DNA of 64,000 nt from Octopus vulgaris (Eukaryota). Numbering within the stretch: position 1 is the first letter of the stretch; every line of letters begins with the position of its first letter. Positions 40,907-54,723 of the stretch are shown one piece after another. Below the pieces are notes generated by a model. That model made no database searches and was not told the DNA's origin. It was given only the letters and a program-made list of their open reading frames with translations. Location: NCBI GenBank assembly GCA_951406725.2, contig OX597839.1, forward strand, positions 19,654,001 to 19,718,000, written 5' to 3'. The position numbers and the translations under genes are program-made.

Positions 40907-41292
40907 CTTGGAAGCACTCCGTCGGTTACTACGACGAGGGTTCCAGTTGATCCGAATCAACGGAACAGCCTGCTCGTGAAATTAACGTGTAAGTGGCTGA
41001 GCACTCCACAGACACGTGTACCCTTAACGTAGTTCTCGGGGATATTCAGCGAGACACAGAGAGTGACAAGGCCGACCCTTTGAAATACAGGTACAACAGA
41101 AACAGGAAGAAAGAGTGAGAGAAAGTTGTGGTGAAAGAGTACAGCAGGGATCACCACCATCCCCTGCCGGAGCCTCGTGGAGCTTTAGGTGTTTTTGCTC
41201 AATAAACACTCACAACGCCCGGTCTGGGAATCGAAACTGCGATCCTATGACCGCGAGTCCGCTGCCCTAACCACTGGGCCATTGCGCCTCCA
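40907..41292 (-). mobile_element. SINE family B, tail variant 2, full length with TSD
   Basis: Complete head and tail. 9-bp direct repeat CAGTCGCCC at 40898 and 41293. Confidence 0.92.
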
Positions 41293-41409
41293 CAGTCGCC
41301 CATAGTGAAAGGCTTTTAACATGAAGTCATTTATGTATTGTAATATTAAAGACAGAGTGGTACGGAAACAATTATAACTAATAATAAAGATGTATGTATA
41401 CGTATATTG

Positions 41410-41660
41410 TGGAGGCGCGTTGCTTAGTGGTTAGGTTGTCAGCGTCATGATCGTAAGATTGTGGTTTCGATTTCTGGACCGGGCGACGCGTTGTGTTCTT
41501 GGGCAAAACACTTCATTTCACGTTGCTCCAGTCCACTCAGCTGGCAAAAATGAGTAAAGCTGCGATGGACTAGCGTCCCGTCCAGCTGGGGAACACATAC
41601 GCCGTTGAAACCGGGAAACCGGAGCCATGAGCCTTGCTAGGCTTTAAAAGGGCGCATTTA
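41410..41660 (+). mobile_element. SINE family E (MetaSINE-like), full length
   Basis: tRNA-like head, CGTTGTGTTCTTGGGCAAAACACTT, then CTGCGATGGACTAGCGTCCCGTCCAG...GAAACCGGG tail. Confidence 0.85.
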
Positions 41661-42020
41661 TTTTTTTATTTATACGTATGTTACTGTATATTTTTGAGTA
41701 ATTATGAATGTATATATGTATGTATATATGTGTGCGTGTGTATGTGTGTGGAGAGAGAGAGAGAGAGAGAGAGATAAAGAGAAGGGGAGAGAGAGAAGCA
41801 CATTAATAGACAGGTAGATTTATCGGTTGAGAAAGAGTAACAGATACAGAGATAGATAAAAAGATAAATAATTAATAAATAGATGGATAGATAGGTAGGT
41901 AGGTACGTAGGTAGGGTGGGAGGGCGATAGATAGATACATACATACTTATGTAGATGGACAGGTAGACAGATAGAATGTTAGATGGACAGGTAGACAGAT
42001 AGAATGTTAGATAGACAGAC

Positions 42021-42091
<71 letters not shown>

Positions 42092-42096
42092 AAGAC

Positions 42097-42179
<83 letters not shown>

Positions 42180-42999
42180 AAGATAGATAGGTAGATAGAT
42201 AGAGTTCTAAGAAAAAACCTGAATATACTAAACAAAAAAAACAAGAAAAAATTGCAAAAAAACTTTCTAGACAGGGAAATGGAGGATAGTTTTTTCAGAC
42301 AGAGGTAGTTGGGGGGGGGATGGGTTGTGTGTCGTCGGGATGGGTGGTGGTGATGGTGGTGGTGTGGACGGGTAGTTGGGATGGAGGAATGTGGATATTT
42401 CGGGTAGATGGGGAATACAACCGACCCCACACACCACATCAACGACCATTAACATACCCCTAAAGATAGGAAGAAGAAGAAAAATAACGAACAATCCAAT
42501 AAGTATAGAAATTTATATATAAAAAAACACACATAATGAAGAGAAAGTGCTGATAATGGTTATAACAGGAACCAACCAAAAGTTTCCGTTTTGTTCTCTG
42601 TTCATTCCTACCCGTATGTACCCCGGCCTGCCACCCCTTTACACCGCGGTGGAGGCTTGAAGAGTATCAGGTGTGTGTATGTATGTGTGCGTTTCAGTGT
42701 GTGTGTATGTGTGTATTTGAATTGTGTATATGTATATGTGTATATATACACACACATGCATGCGTGTGTCCGTGAGTATGTATGTATATATGTGCGTACT
42801 TTTGTATTAGTTTCTATTAGTGCATACGTGTATACTTATGGGAAAAGTATGTATTTTGCGTGTGTATATATGTGTGTATATTGTGTGCTGATGTATAGGT
42901 TTATACTGACGTATGTGTGTGTTTTCGTGTATATATATTTTGTACTTTCGTGCATGTTTGTAATAATCTTCGAGTGTATATTCGAGATGAGATGCGTGC

Positions 43000-43510
43000 G
43001 TATGTATGTATGTATGTATGTATGTATGTATGTATGTATGTATGTATGTATGTATGCATGTATGTATGTATGTATGTATGTATGCATGTATGTATGTATG
43101 CATGCATGCATGTATGTATGTATGTATGTATGTATGTATGTATGTATGTATGTATGTATGTATGTATGTATGTATGCATGCATGCATGTATGCATGCATG
43201 CATGTATGTATGTATGCATGCATGTATGTATGTATGTATGCATGCATGCATGTATGTATGTATGTATGTATGTATGTATGTATGTATGTATGTATGTATG
43301 TATGTATGTATGTATGCATGCATGCATGTATGCATGCATGTATGTATGTATGTATGTATGTATGTATGTATGTATGTATGTATGCATGTATGTATGTATG
43401 TATGTATGCATGCATGTATGTATGTATGTATGTATGTATGTATGTATGTATGTATGTATGTATGTATGTATGTATGTATGTATGTATGTATGTATGCATG
43501 TATGTATGCA
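43000..43510. repeat. (TATG/CATG)n microsatellite
   Basis: Direct reading. Confidence 0.95.
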
Positions 43511-44101
43511 TATCTTTCGTACATGTGCGTATGAATGTATTAATGTGTATTTTTGTACACACGCACACACACACATATATATATATATATATCTGTGTGT
43601 GTGTATAAATGTAGGCACTGTTCCTTGGTATATGAGTTGGTATTTATGCACGTGTGTATATATTCCTAAATCAGTGTATGCTTGTAATAATGTATGTATA
43701 TTTGAAGTGGTATACGCATACATGCATATTTGTATACATACATGATTGCATGTTATACGTGTTTCAATGTGTGTATAAGTCTGTGTGTATATTTGCTTGT
43801 ATATATGTGTCTGTGTATGTGTTTATGTGTGTGCGTTTATGTGAGTGTTTTTGTATGTATATACATATATACATCCATTTTCTGTACTTTGGTAGTTTGT
43901 ATTACTGTATGATCATACACCTTATGTATGCTGTAATTTTGTGTATGCTTGTAATAATATCTATGAATATCTCTATCGCTGTGAGCATGGACAGAAGGAA
44001 GGAATTGTTTTCTATCTGTCTCTAGAACTGTATGATCGTATGTGAATGTCTGACTACTTTCGCTTATACGTATCCTTTTTCTTTATGTATCAGAATGATT
44101 T

Positions 44102-44283
44102 GTGGTTGTGTGGTAAGTAGCTTGCTTCCCAACCATATGGTTCTGGTTTCGGACGCACTACATGGCAAGTGCCTTCTCCTATAGCCTCGAGATGACCAAA
44201 CCCTTGTGAGCGGATTTTGTAGATGGAAAATAAAACGAGGCTGTCGTATATCTATCTCTCTATACATTTATCTATCTTTCTAT

Positions 44284-44351
<68 letters not shown>

Positions 44352-44566
44352 ATGTGCATGTGTAAATATCTACGTATCTGTGTGTCTTTGTATCCCCATC
44401 GTCGCTTGATAACCGGTGTTGATGTTTTTATGTCCCCGTTACTCAGAGGTTCTGCAAAGAGTCCGATAGGCTTAAAGATACGTCCTGGTGTCGATTTGTT
44501 TGACAAATTTATTTCAAGGCGGCGCTCCAGCATGGTCGAAAACAAATGTATGAAACAAGAAAAAGA
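44102..44566 (+). mobile_element. SINE family A, diverged, with internal (TATC)n
   Basis: GTGTGGTAAGTAGCTTGCTTCCCAACC...GGCGGCGCTCCAGCATGG. Confidence 0.8.
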
Positions 44567-45071
44567 ATGCATACACAAACACACACTCATGTGTGTGTGT
44601 GTGTGTGTGTGTTAAAATATGTTTGTAACACACACACACACAAAAATATGTTAAAATATGTTTTTAACAAATTCTGAAGGCAAACTCACTGCAGATACCT
44701 TAGAGAAAAAAAAATTATGTTATGGAAAATGATGTCAAAACACTATATCTGCCTAGTGCTGCCTCCTATTGAATTCCCGTTTCTGGCACTTTAACATTCC
44801 TCAAAGAGAAATAACGGAGAGCGGTAACTCTAGGCAGATTTAAATCCGTAGTTTGAACATTAAAAAAAAAGTCAAGTCAGCAATATCGATTGATTTGCGC
44901 TGCTGGAGCACCCATTCGCGATAAAATCGTTCAACGCCAAGCAATAATGAGGCAAAAGCGAACTTTAGATTACTTGAAATATGTTTGTGACATATTTTAG
45001 GTCCTAAGAGCAAAATATACGTGTGGCGAGGTGTACAAACACACAGCCATTCAAAACACTTTATTCTTCAT

Positions 45072-45484
45072 AGGCGCAGGAGTGGCTGTGTGGTAAGTAG
45101 CTTGCTAACCAACCACATGGTTCCGGGTTCAGTCCCACTGCGTGGCATCTTGGGTAAGTGTCTTCTGCTATAGCCCCGGGCCGACCAATGCCTTGTGAGT
45201 GGATTTGGTAGACGGAAACTGAAAGAAGCCTGTCGTATATATGTATGTATATATATATATATATATGTGAGTTTGTGTGTCTGTGTTTGTCCCCCTAGCA
45301 TTGCTTGACAACAGATGCTGGTGTGTTTACGTCCCCGTCACTTAGCGGTTCGGCAAAAGAGACCGATAGAATAAGTACTGGGCTTACAAAGAATAAGTCC
45401 CGGGGTCGATTTGCTCGACTAAAAAAAGGCGGTGCTCCAGCATGGCTGCAGTCAAATGACTGAAACAAGTAAAAGAGTAAAAGA

Positions 45485-45485
<1 letters not shown>
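45072..45485 (+). mobile_element. SINE family A, full length, young
   Basis: Reference-quality copy with head, CORE-like motif and GTAAAAGA tail. Confidence 0.93.
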
Positions 45486-45533
<48 letters not shown>

Positions 45534-45541
45534 CACATATA

Positions 45542-45714
45542 TGGCACCCGCGCGAGCGGAAACGACCACCCGGATTACCTCGACGACGGTGGAGTTACGA
45601 TTTCAGGACAATTGGGATCACGTGGATGAGAAAGGCGCGATCCAGAGAGGAGTGGACAGCGTGCTGTGACCAGCGGTGTCATATAGACGCCTGACGGACT
45701 GGTCGGTCAATGTG

Positions 45715-45716
<2 letters not shown>
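45542..45716 (+). mobile_element. 3' end of an RTE-clade LINE
   Basis: Frame from 45542 reads [50 protein letters not shown] (stop 45692-45694). This fits the RTE C-terminal W.PR..KR..GRP..RW.D...W...A..R..W pattern. Confidence 0.8.
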
Positions 45717-45770
<54 letters not shown>

Positions 45771-45898
45771 TGTGTGTGTGTGTGTGTATAGAAATGTATA
45801 TGCATTATATATATATGTACATATACATACACACACACACACAAATATATATATATATGTTTGTATGTATGTATGTATGTATATATATATATACATGA

Positions 45899-45931
<33 letters not shown>

Positions 45932-45957
45932 TATATTTATATATACACACATATATA

Positions 45958-46009
<52 letters not shown>

Positions 46010-46037
46010 CATATATACATATATATGTCAGTATATA

Positions 46038-46075
<38 letters not shown>

Positions 46076-46287
46076 TATGTCAGTAGACAGAATGAGTGTT
46101 TGAATTTCAAACGTGGAATATTTTTTTTTTTTTTAAATACAAAGGTGCAAGAATACGTGTGTGGCTAAAAAGCATGCATTGCAACCAAATGGTTTCAGGT
46201 TCAATTTCACTACGCTTTAACGTCGGCATGCAATTAAATAATATATATATACACACATTTTTTCTCTCCTTGTTTTTTTTCTGTGTA

Positions 46288-46325
46288 TCTTTCTGTAGAA
46301 GAGCGTAGGCTCGAAACGTAAAAGA
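46288..46325 (+). ncRNA. Variant minimal hammerhead-like motif
   Basis: TCTTT-CTGTAGA-A-GAGC gtag GCTC-GAAAC-GTA-AAAGA: stems I and II pair perfectly but core position A6 is U. Confidence 0.5.
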
Positions 46326-46414
46326 CTTTTTCTATTCCTGAGCATTATACTAATACATCTGTTTGTTTTGTACACCACCTGTCTTCGTCTTTTGTTTTTT
46401 TTCCGTAAACTCTC

Positions 46415-46509
<95 letters not shown>

Positions 46510-46511
<2 letters not shown>

Positions 46512-46892
46512 TTACTCTCTTTTACTTGTTTCAGTCATTTGACTGCGGCCATGCTTGAGCACCGCCTTTAATCGAGCAACTCGACCCCAGACTTATTCTT
46601 TTTGTAAGCCCAGTACTTATTCTATCGGTCACTTTTTGCCGAACCGCTAAGTGACGGGGACGTAAACACACCAGCATCGGTTGTCAAGCAATGCTAGGGG
46701 AACAAACACAGACACACAAACACACACACATACGTATATATAAATACATATATACGACAGGCTTCTTTCAGTTTCCGTCTACCAAATCCACTCACAAGGC
46801 ATTGGTCAGCCCGGGGCTATAGCAGAAGACATTCGCCCAAGATGCCACGCAGTGGGACTGAACCCGGAACCATGAGGTAGGTTAGCAAGCTA
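46510..46892 (-). mobile_element. SINE family A, young, slightly 5'-truncated
   Basis: Reverse complement of 45072-45485. Confidence 0.92.
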
Positions 46893-47105
46893 TGGGTTTA
46901 GGACGTCACGAACAGTAAGCAAAATGAAATAATAGGAAAACAAATGAGTTAAATACGCAAACAACGAGAGAAAAAGTAGAAAACAGGTCAAGTAACACAA
47001 AGAACGACCCTTCATCAGTTGTCGGCTGTCTGTCTACTCATTTCGAGCACTGAGTAAGCAGATAACGTGTATCTGTTCTAATTTATTATATATATTTTTC
47101 TTCTT

Positions 47106-47411
47106 TTTGTTTTCTTGTTTCAGTAATTTGACTGCGGCCATGCTGGAGCAACGCCTTTAGTCTCGAACATATAAGGCCACAGGACTTATTCTTTGTAAGC
47201 CCAGTAATTATTCTATCTGACTCTTTTGCTGAACCACTAAGTTACGCGGACGTAAACACACCAACATCGGCGGGCTTCCTTCAGTTTCCGTCAACTAAAT
47301 CCACTCGCATGGCTTTTGGACGGCCCGAATAAAAGACAGTTGGCGCAGGTGCCACGCGGTGGTACTGAACCCGGAACCATGTGGTTGAGAAGCAAACTGC
47401 TTGCCGCACAG

Positions 47412-47415
<4 letters not shown>
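47106..47415 (-). mobile_element. SINE family A, diverged and deleted
   Basis: TGACTGCGGCCATGCTGGAGCA...ACTGAACCCGGAACCATGTGGTTG. Confidence 0.82.
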
Positions 47416-47464
<49 letters not shown>

Positions 47465-47823
47465 TGTATATTATGACGAGAAATAAATGGTGCTTCCCAA
47501 AGCTGGTTTGTATCTCTGTGACCCGACCAGAGACGTTACCAGCCGGAAACATGTAAGGGAATTTTAAATTTACCCATATTTCATGCACTTCAGACAACAA
47601 AGGGCTGATCCCCAAAAAAGTGCCGACATTACGTTTAAAGGAGATGAAAGGTAAGAGACAAAGAAGCGAACTCTTCGCTGCCAAGAAAAATAAATAAAAT
47701 AAAATAAATATAAAAAATAAAACAAAAATAATATCACGTGGTAGACAAATTGGAGGAAGTACAGAGAAACGTAAATGAAAGGGCTGGATGAAGAAAAGGT
47801 TAGACGGAAAGAAAATAATAATG

Positions 47824-47872
<49 letters not shown>

Positions 47873-47889
47873 ACCAAAAAAAAAAAACA

Positions 47890-48025
47890 CGGGATAAAAC
47901 AATTAGATGGAAGAATGTTCTCTGCGACTCTTTTTCGGTTAAACTAACCCAGACAGGAATTGCTCCACAATGAAGACTTTACCAGACAGACTCCGAGAGC
48001 AAGCCCGCTTTTTTTTTTCATTCCT
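47890..48025. repeat. Unclassified dispersed repeat, inverted relative at 55635-55760
   Basis: TTCGGTTAAACTAACCCAGACAGGA.TTGCT...TGAAGACTTTACCA occurs in both orientations. Confidence 0.7.
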
Positions 48026-48405
48026 TGATTGCATGTTTAAGGGGTTTATTGTAGTCTGTTGCATATATACCTCCATCCATCCATATATCTATCTATTTAT
48101 CTATCTACACACATAAGTACATGCTGTTTGTGTGTCTGTGTGCTTCTGTGTATGTGTAGTCCCCTTTATTTGGATAACTGTGGCAACATGCCCCCCAAGT
48201 ATTTCTGCGTGCGTTTATGAAAATGTATGCGTGTACGCATTTGTAACGCTGTGTGTTAATGGGTAACGTGTACGCATGAGCATATGTGTATATATTTAAG
48301 CCATATGTATATAGAACCTTCAAGGAACATATACACGCCTAGATACATGCATTGCTTCATGGACACGCACATGCATACATACATACACTTTATATATATA
48401 TATAT

Positions 48406-49105
<700 letters not shown>

Positions 49106-49257
49106 AGCTGTTTTAATATAGATAAACTAAAGAAATAACACGTGCATGTACTTATAAACCTGCACCCCGTTGCAATATAGATGTGTATGTATATTTATAT
49201 CTATGGGTTTGTTTGTGTGAACGTTTGCGTATATATGTACGCTTGCATGTGTGTGTA

Positions 49258-49291
<34 letters not shown>

Positions 49292-49530
49292 GTATGTGTA
49301 CATACATATATGCCTGTATGTTTGAGTATATACCCATATATGCATATATATATATACATACATATATATAGAGAGAGGGCGAGAGAGAGAAAGAGAGAGC
49401 CAGACAGACAGACAGATAAATAGATAGATAGACAGAGATATATAGATAGACAAATAGATAGATAGGTAGGCAGGGAGACAAATATACGTATCCCAATATA
49501 TATTTACCTATATAAATGTATCTGTATGTG

Positions 49531-49565
<35 letters not shown>

Positions 49566-49648
49566 ATACTCATAAGTATATATGCATATATATATACATA
49601 CATACATATGTATAATATAATATACAGTTGTACATACATATATGTATA

Positions 49649-49712
<64 letters not shown>

Positions 49713-49763
49713 TAACAATGATAAATCTCAGAGCGAGTTATAAACAGTAGCGGTAACACATCG

Positions 49764-50108
49764 TGTTGCATATTTGCCATTTGAATATGGCTAACCCCTA
49801 AGGGTGGATGCTACTGTAGTTTGTAGCCCCAGGAAGATATCTCCTCCAGCTGGCTATAGACACACTATCTGTGTCCTGTCAGTATTTGTGAAGGGATTGT
49901 CACACGCTGATGAAAGGTAAACACCTTGAAACTCGGGTACGTGTGTATCATGTGTTGAAGACGGGGAGGATGACTCCCCTTCACAAATACTGACAGGACA
50001 CAGATAGTGTGTCTATAGCCAGCTGGAGGAGATATCTTCCTGGGGCTACAAACTACAGTAGCATCAACCCTTATGGGTTAGCCATATTCAAATGGCAAAT
50101 ATGCAACA
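49764..50108. mobile_element. Inverted-repeat element (132-bp arms, 81-bp spacer), PLE-pLTR-like
   Basis: 49764-49895 is the reverse complement of 49977-50108 with about two mismatches. Bounded by (TA)n. A relative starts at about 63890. Confidence 0.9.
49901..49945 (+). ncRNA. Type I hammerhead ribozyme (minimal, PLE-type)
   Basis: Stem I CACACG/CGTGTG, core CTGATGA, stem II AAGGT-aaac-ACCTT, GAAA, C-tcgg-G stem III, GUA cleavage triplet (cut after 49939). Confidence 0.85.
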
Positions 50109-50521
50109 TATATGCAATATATATATATATATATATCTTCAAGAGAGCGAGAGAGAGATAGGGAGAGACAGACAGACAGAGAAGCAGAGAGAGTGAAAGG
50201 GAGAGAAAGACGCGTGTGTATTTGCACATGACTGAGTCCAATGTGTCTGTTTTATTCACAGATCACACACAGCAAAATCGTCCCAATGCAATAGAACTTA
50301 CTTCGCCATTTAAGAATATATTACAACCGTGATAGAATTACAGACGTAATGACTAACCACAATGTTATTCACTGAAACCCTTGTATGTGGTGCCCCAGAT
50401 TACCTACAGTCCAACGATTATACAAGGGGTTCTCAACCGGTTTTATTTTACCTGTGGACCCCACTCGATTTTTATTATACTCTCTGGTGGAGACCCAACG
50501 CCACTCGAAGTTTAGAAACTA

Positions 50522-51069
50522 TTGGATAGTCCGGAAAGTTCGTGCCGATATTTAAAGGAAAGAAAAAGGTCAATAAATACTTGCCATTACATTTTTAATC
50601 AACCAGATATGAGCCAATTTGTTGCACATTAACTTGAAAATACCCTCTTCCCAGAATTGAGGCGCTTTTATGGCAAAAAATTCATCAAGGTATCTTTTTA
50701 CGCCATCCAGGGAATTGAAATTTGTTACCATTAAGACTATTCTGCAGAGTCCTGAATGAGTGGAGATCCGAAGGAGCAATATCTGGTGATACATGGAGGG
50801 TGGGGTAACACATCCCAGCCAAGCTGCAGCAAATTTGTCTGGTTCCCAAAGCATCAAGCGCTGAAAATGAACTTTCTTATCTTCCATTTTAAAGGGTTAC
50901 AGATTTAACACAAGTTATAGGAACATAAACCTTCTTCCACGAAAAGATTGCTTAAACTGTGCTCTAAATGGAGGTGTAGTCAAATCCTATTTTATGGACT
51001 CAACCATGTCCTAAAATAAGTCGAAAGGTAAGCTACTATAAATCGGCACGAACTTTCCGGACAACCCAA
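50522..51069 (-). mobile_element. Internally deleted mariner (different subfamily, mellifera/cecropia-like)
   Basis: TIRs TTGGATAGTCCGGAAAGTTCGTGCCGAT and ATCGGCACGAACTTTCCGGACAACCCAA, TA flanks. N-terminal MEDKKVHF joins directly to LLQLGWDVLPHPP..SPDIAPSD and NFNSLDGVKRYLDEFF. Confidence 0.9.
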
Positions 51070-51724
51070 TAGACTTATAAATACTTCTTTCAAAAGGCTG
51101 AACTTTGTAAAATGCTAGAGAAAGAAACTTAGTTGTTTGTTGCAATAAATAAATCTAAAACTAAAATTTAATCGAGAAAAAGATATTAAATTCGGATATT
51201 TTGATAGAAAAGTGTATAACTAACGTAATTTCACTACACAATTAAAAAACCAAAAAAAAACCTGGAAAATAATAAGTCCAACACATATTTATACGAAACA
51301 AACAGAATTTTCAGGCGGTTACATATCTCTATTACGCTTGGAATCCTCTATGTGCATCCAGCGCTTGTTTATTAGCCATCTTCCAACTCGAATTTCAAAC
51401 TGAGAGAGTGTGAATTAAGAAGTATGTTTTTTGCATGGATAAAGATGCGGTTTCAAAAATATTTTTTAAGATAAATAAAGCGATTTTTAAAATTTTGTTG
51501 AATATCACTTTTCCCCGCAAACCACGTCGTATATAAATATATAATGGTTTTAAATGGCATGAGCCTAGTAATTTTGAGGGGATGGGAAAACTCTGGTATT
51601 CACATTATCAATCTCGAGAGACTGAAAGGAAATGCTGTCCAGGATGGTAGTTCAACTCAGAACGTTGAGAGCCGGAAGAAATGTCACACGGAATTCTGTC
51701 CGGCACATAAGGATTCTGCTAGAT

Positions 51725-51961
51725 TTCTACTTATAGGCACAAGACCTGAAATTTAATAGGGAGAGTGGCAGTTGATTATATCGACCCCAGAACTCGAATG
51801 ATATTTATTACATCGATAAGATGAAAGGCATATTTGACCAGAGCAGAATTTGAACTCAGGACGTAACGGCAGACGAAATACCTCTAAACATATCGCTGGG
51901 CGTGCTAGCGTTTCTGCCAGTGGCCACGACTGGCGGTGGATTGAGGGCGGATGGGAGGTGA

Positions 51962-52031
<70 letters not shown>

Positions 52032-52220
52032 TAAGTAATTAAGGGTAATTACTTAGTATATATGCATATATATATATTTCTTTACTACCCACAAGGGGCT
52101 AAACACAGAGGGGACAAACAAGGACAGACAAACGGATTAAGTCGATTACATCGATCCCAATGCGTAACTGGTACTTAATTTATCGACCCCGAAAGGATGA
52201 AAGGCAAAGTCGAATTTGAA
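51725..52220 (-). mobile_element. SINE family C copies (51725-51925 diverged, 52076-52220 5'-truncated)
   Basis: AATTTGAACTCAGGACGTAACGGCAGACGAAATAC and TTTCTTTACTACCCACAAGGGGCTAAACAC. Confidence 0.82.
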
Positions 52221-52295
52221 CAAGGGGCTTTTACATGCCGAAATCTACTTGGTGAAATTAATGATTATTCCAAATTAATTAATTTCACCCTATAT

Positions 52296-52410
<115 letters not shown>

Positions 52411-53090
52411 TAAATCGAGAGATAGAGACAGGCAGAGAGAGAGAGAGAGAGACAGGAAGACAGAGTGAGAGAGAGACAAACACACAGACAGAGATAGGTA
52501 GAGAGAGACAGACAAACAGATATATATATATAGACAGATATAGATATATACACATACATATTAACATACGTGTATGTGTCTAATGCGTGTGTGACTGTGT
52601 CAGCGTATCTGTGCACATGCGCACGTGCGTGCATGTGTGCGAGCCTGCGTTTGTGATTGAAATTACGAAGCAAAACCAGACAGTTCCTACCGGTTGTACA
52701 AGCTTATGATTACATGTGTGTACATGTGTGTATACATGTGTGTGCGTACGTGCATGTATGTGCGCGTGTGTGCGCGTTATATTTTAACATATGCCGCTTT
52801 GTAATTGTGTAAAAAGTAAAAAAAAAAAAAATGTTCCTACATGTGTTAGTGTTTGTATATGCAACCCTAAATATCTTGAACGTAACGCGTGTATATGTCT
52901 GCGTGCAACACTTAAATGGAATTCAAGTTGTTCGTGTGGATATAAGCACATGTATATATATATACATATATACATATATGCATGTATGCATGTATGCACG
53001 CGACAGTATGTGTTTATGGATGCACATCTACTTAAGTGTTTTTGTGCTTGTAAGAATAAGCATACTGATATATACTCATATATATATGCA

Positions 53091-53154
<64 letters not shown>

Positions 53155-53662
53155 TGCATATATATATATATATGAGAATATATATATATATATATATACA
53201 TGCAAATATATATATATATATACATATAAAAATGTATATATGTATATATTCACATATATATAAATGAAAATATGTTGTCTATGGAATTTAATACGCATGC
53301 TATACAATGGCATAAAAATTTTTATAAATTTTGTAACTATATTTTCACAGTATATATATATATATATGTATGCATATATATATATATGTATGTATATGTG
53401 TGTGTGTGTTTGTATTTTTGTTTGTACGTGTGTGTCTGTCTCTTTGTGTGTGAATGTGTAGACAAATATACGTGTATTCTTCGGCGAGCCTAAACATCTA
53501 AAACTCATTTTTCACCTTTTTGTCCAATGTCTTGGCGGAAGACCCCCTGGTCGCACTTTGCCATCGGCACTTCTGTTATATATATATATATATATATATA
53601 CACGCACATGCATAAGCAGAAATATACAAGTGTATATGTTTATATATATATATATATGTGTG

Positions 53663-53725
<63 letters not shown>

Positions 53726-53824
53726 AATAAAATAAATCATATGCATATATATAAAAATATATGTACGTACCTACCTCTATATGTACATATACACGCATAT
53801 ATGACTACAGGACACCAAAAGGAC

Positions 53825-53911
<87 letters not shown>

Positions 53912-53950
53912 AAACATATACACTTGTATATATATAAAAACATATACACT

Positions 53951-54005
<55 letters not shown>

Positions 54006-54723
54006 GTATATATTTATATATATGCATGTATGTATATATGTATTCTTGTATGTATATATGTATATCCACAAATATCAATATGTTCTTCAATTTCTTGTGT
54101 GATCATGTCTTTCACTGTCAAACTATAGAAATACTGAAGGTTCTGAACACTTCAAAAATTTGGAGTCAATATTTTTTTATATTTAGTGACTATTTTTTCA
54201 TAACATCTTGACTGGGATTTTTTTTCCCATTATAGTCTATATATAAAGTGCTCTCGACTGTGGTTAATGGAGAAGGCTTTTTAATATTGCAATCTCTACT
54301 AATCATGAATATCGATAAGTCTCCAACATTCGACCACATAATTGTGCTAATATACAAAAACACTAAATCAATCAGGCACTTCAGATAAGTAGATACCAAA
54401 TATATATGAGCATGGGATCAATCAGACTCCGATGGGACTGATGTAGTTCCATCAGTCAGCCAGACTTGTGTTATGTAGTAGAGTCAGTAAAAAATGTACA
54501 AATAACTTGCCGCGGGGAATGGAAAAGTCTAACGTTTCGGGCAGAATACTTCATCAAGAAAAAGTTGATAACAGTAAAATTAATGCGATACAGCGGAGTA
54601 TCTAATTTAGAAAAAAACAGTCGCAACGATGGACCTTTCTGTTCTCACGGAAGTTCATTATACACATTCTTATCGGTTTTATTGCATATGTACATACATG
54701 CATACATTATATATATATAATGT

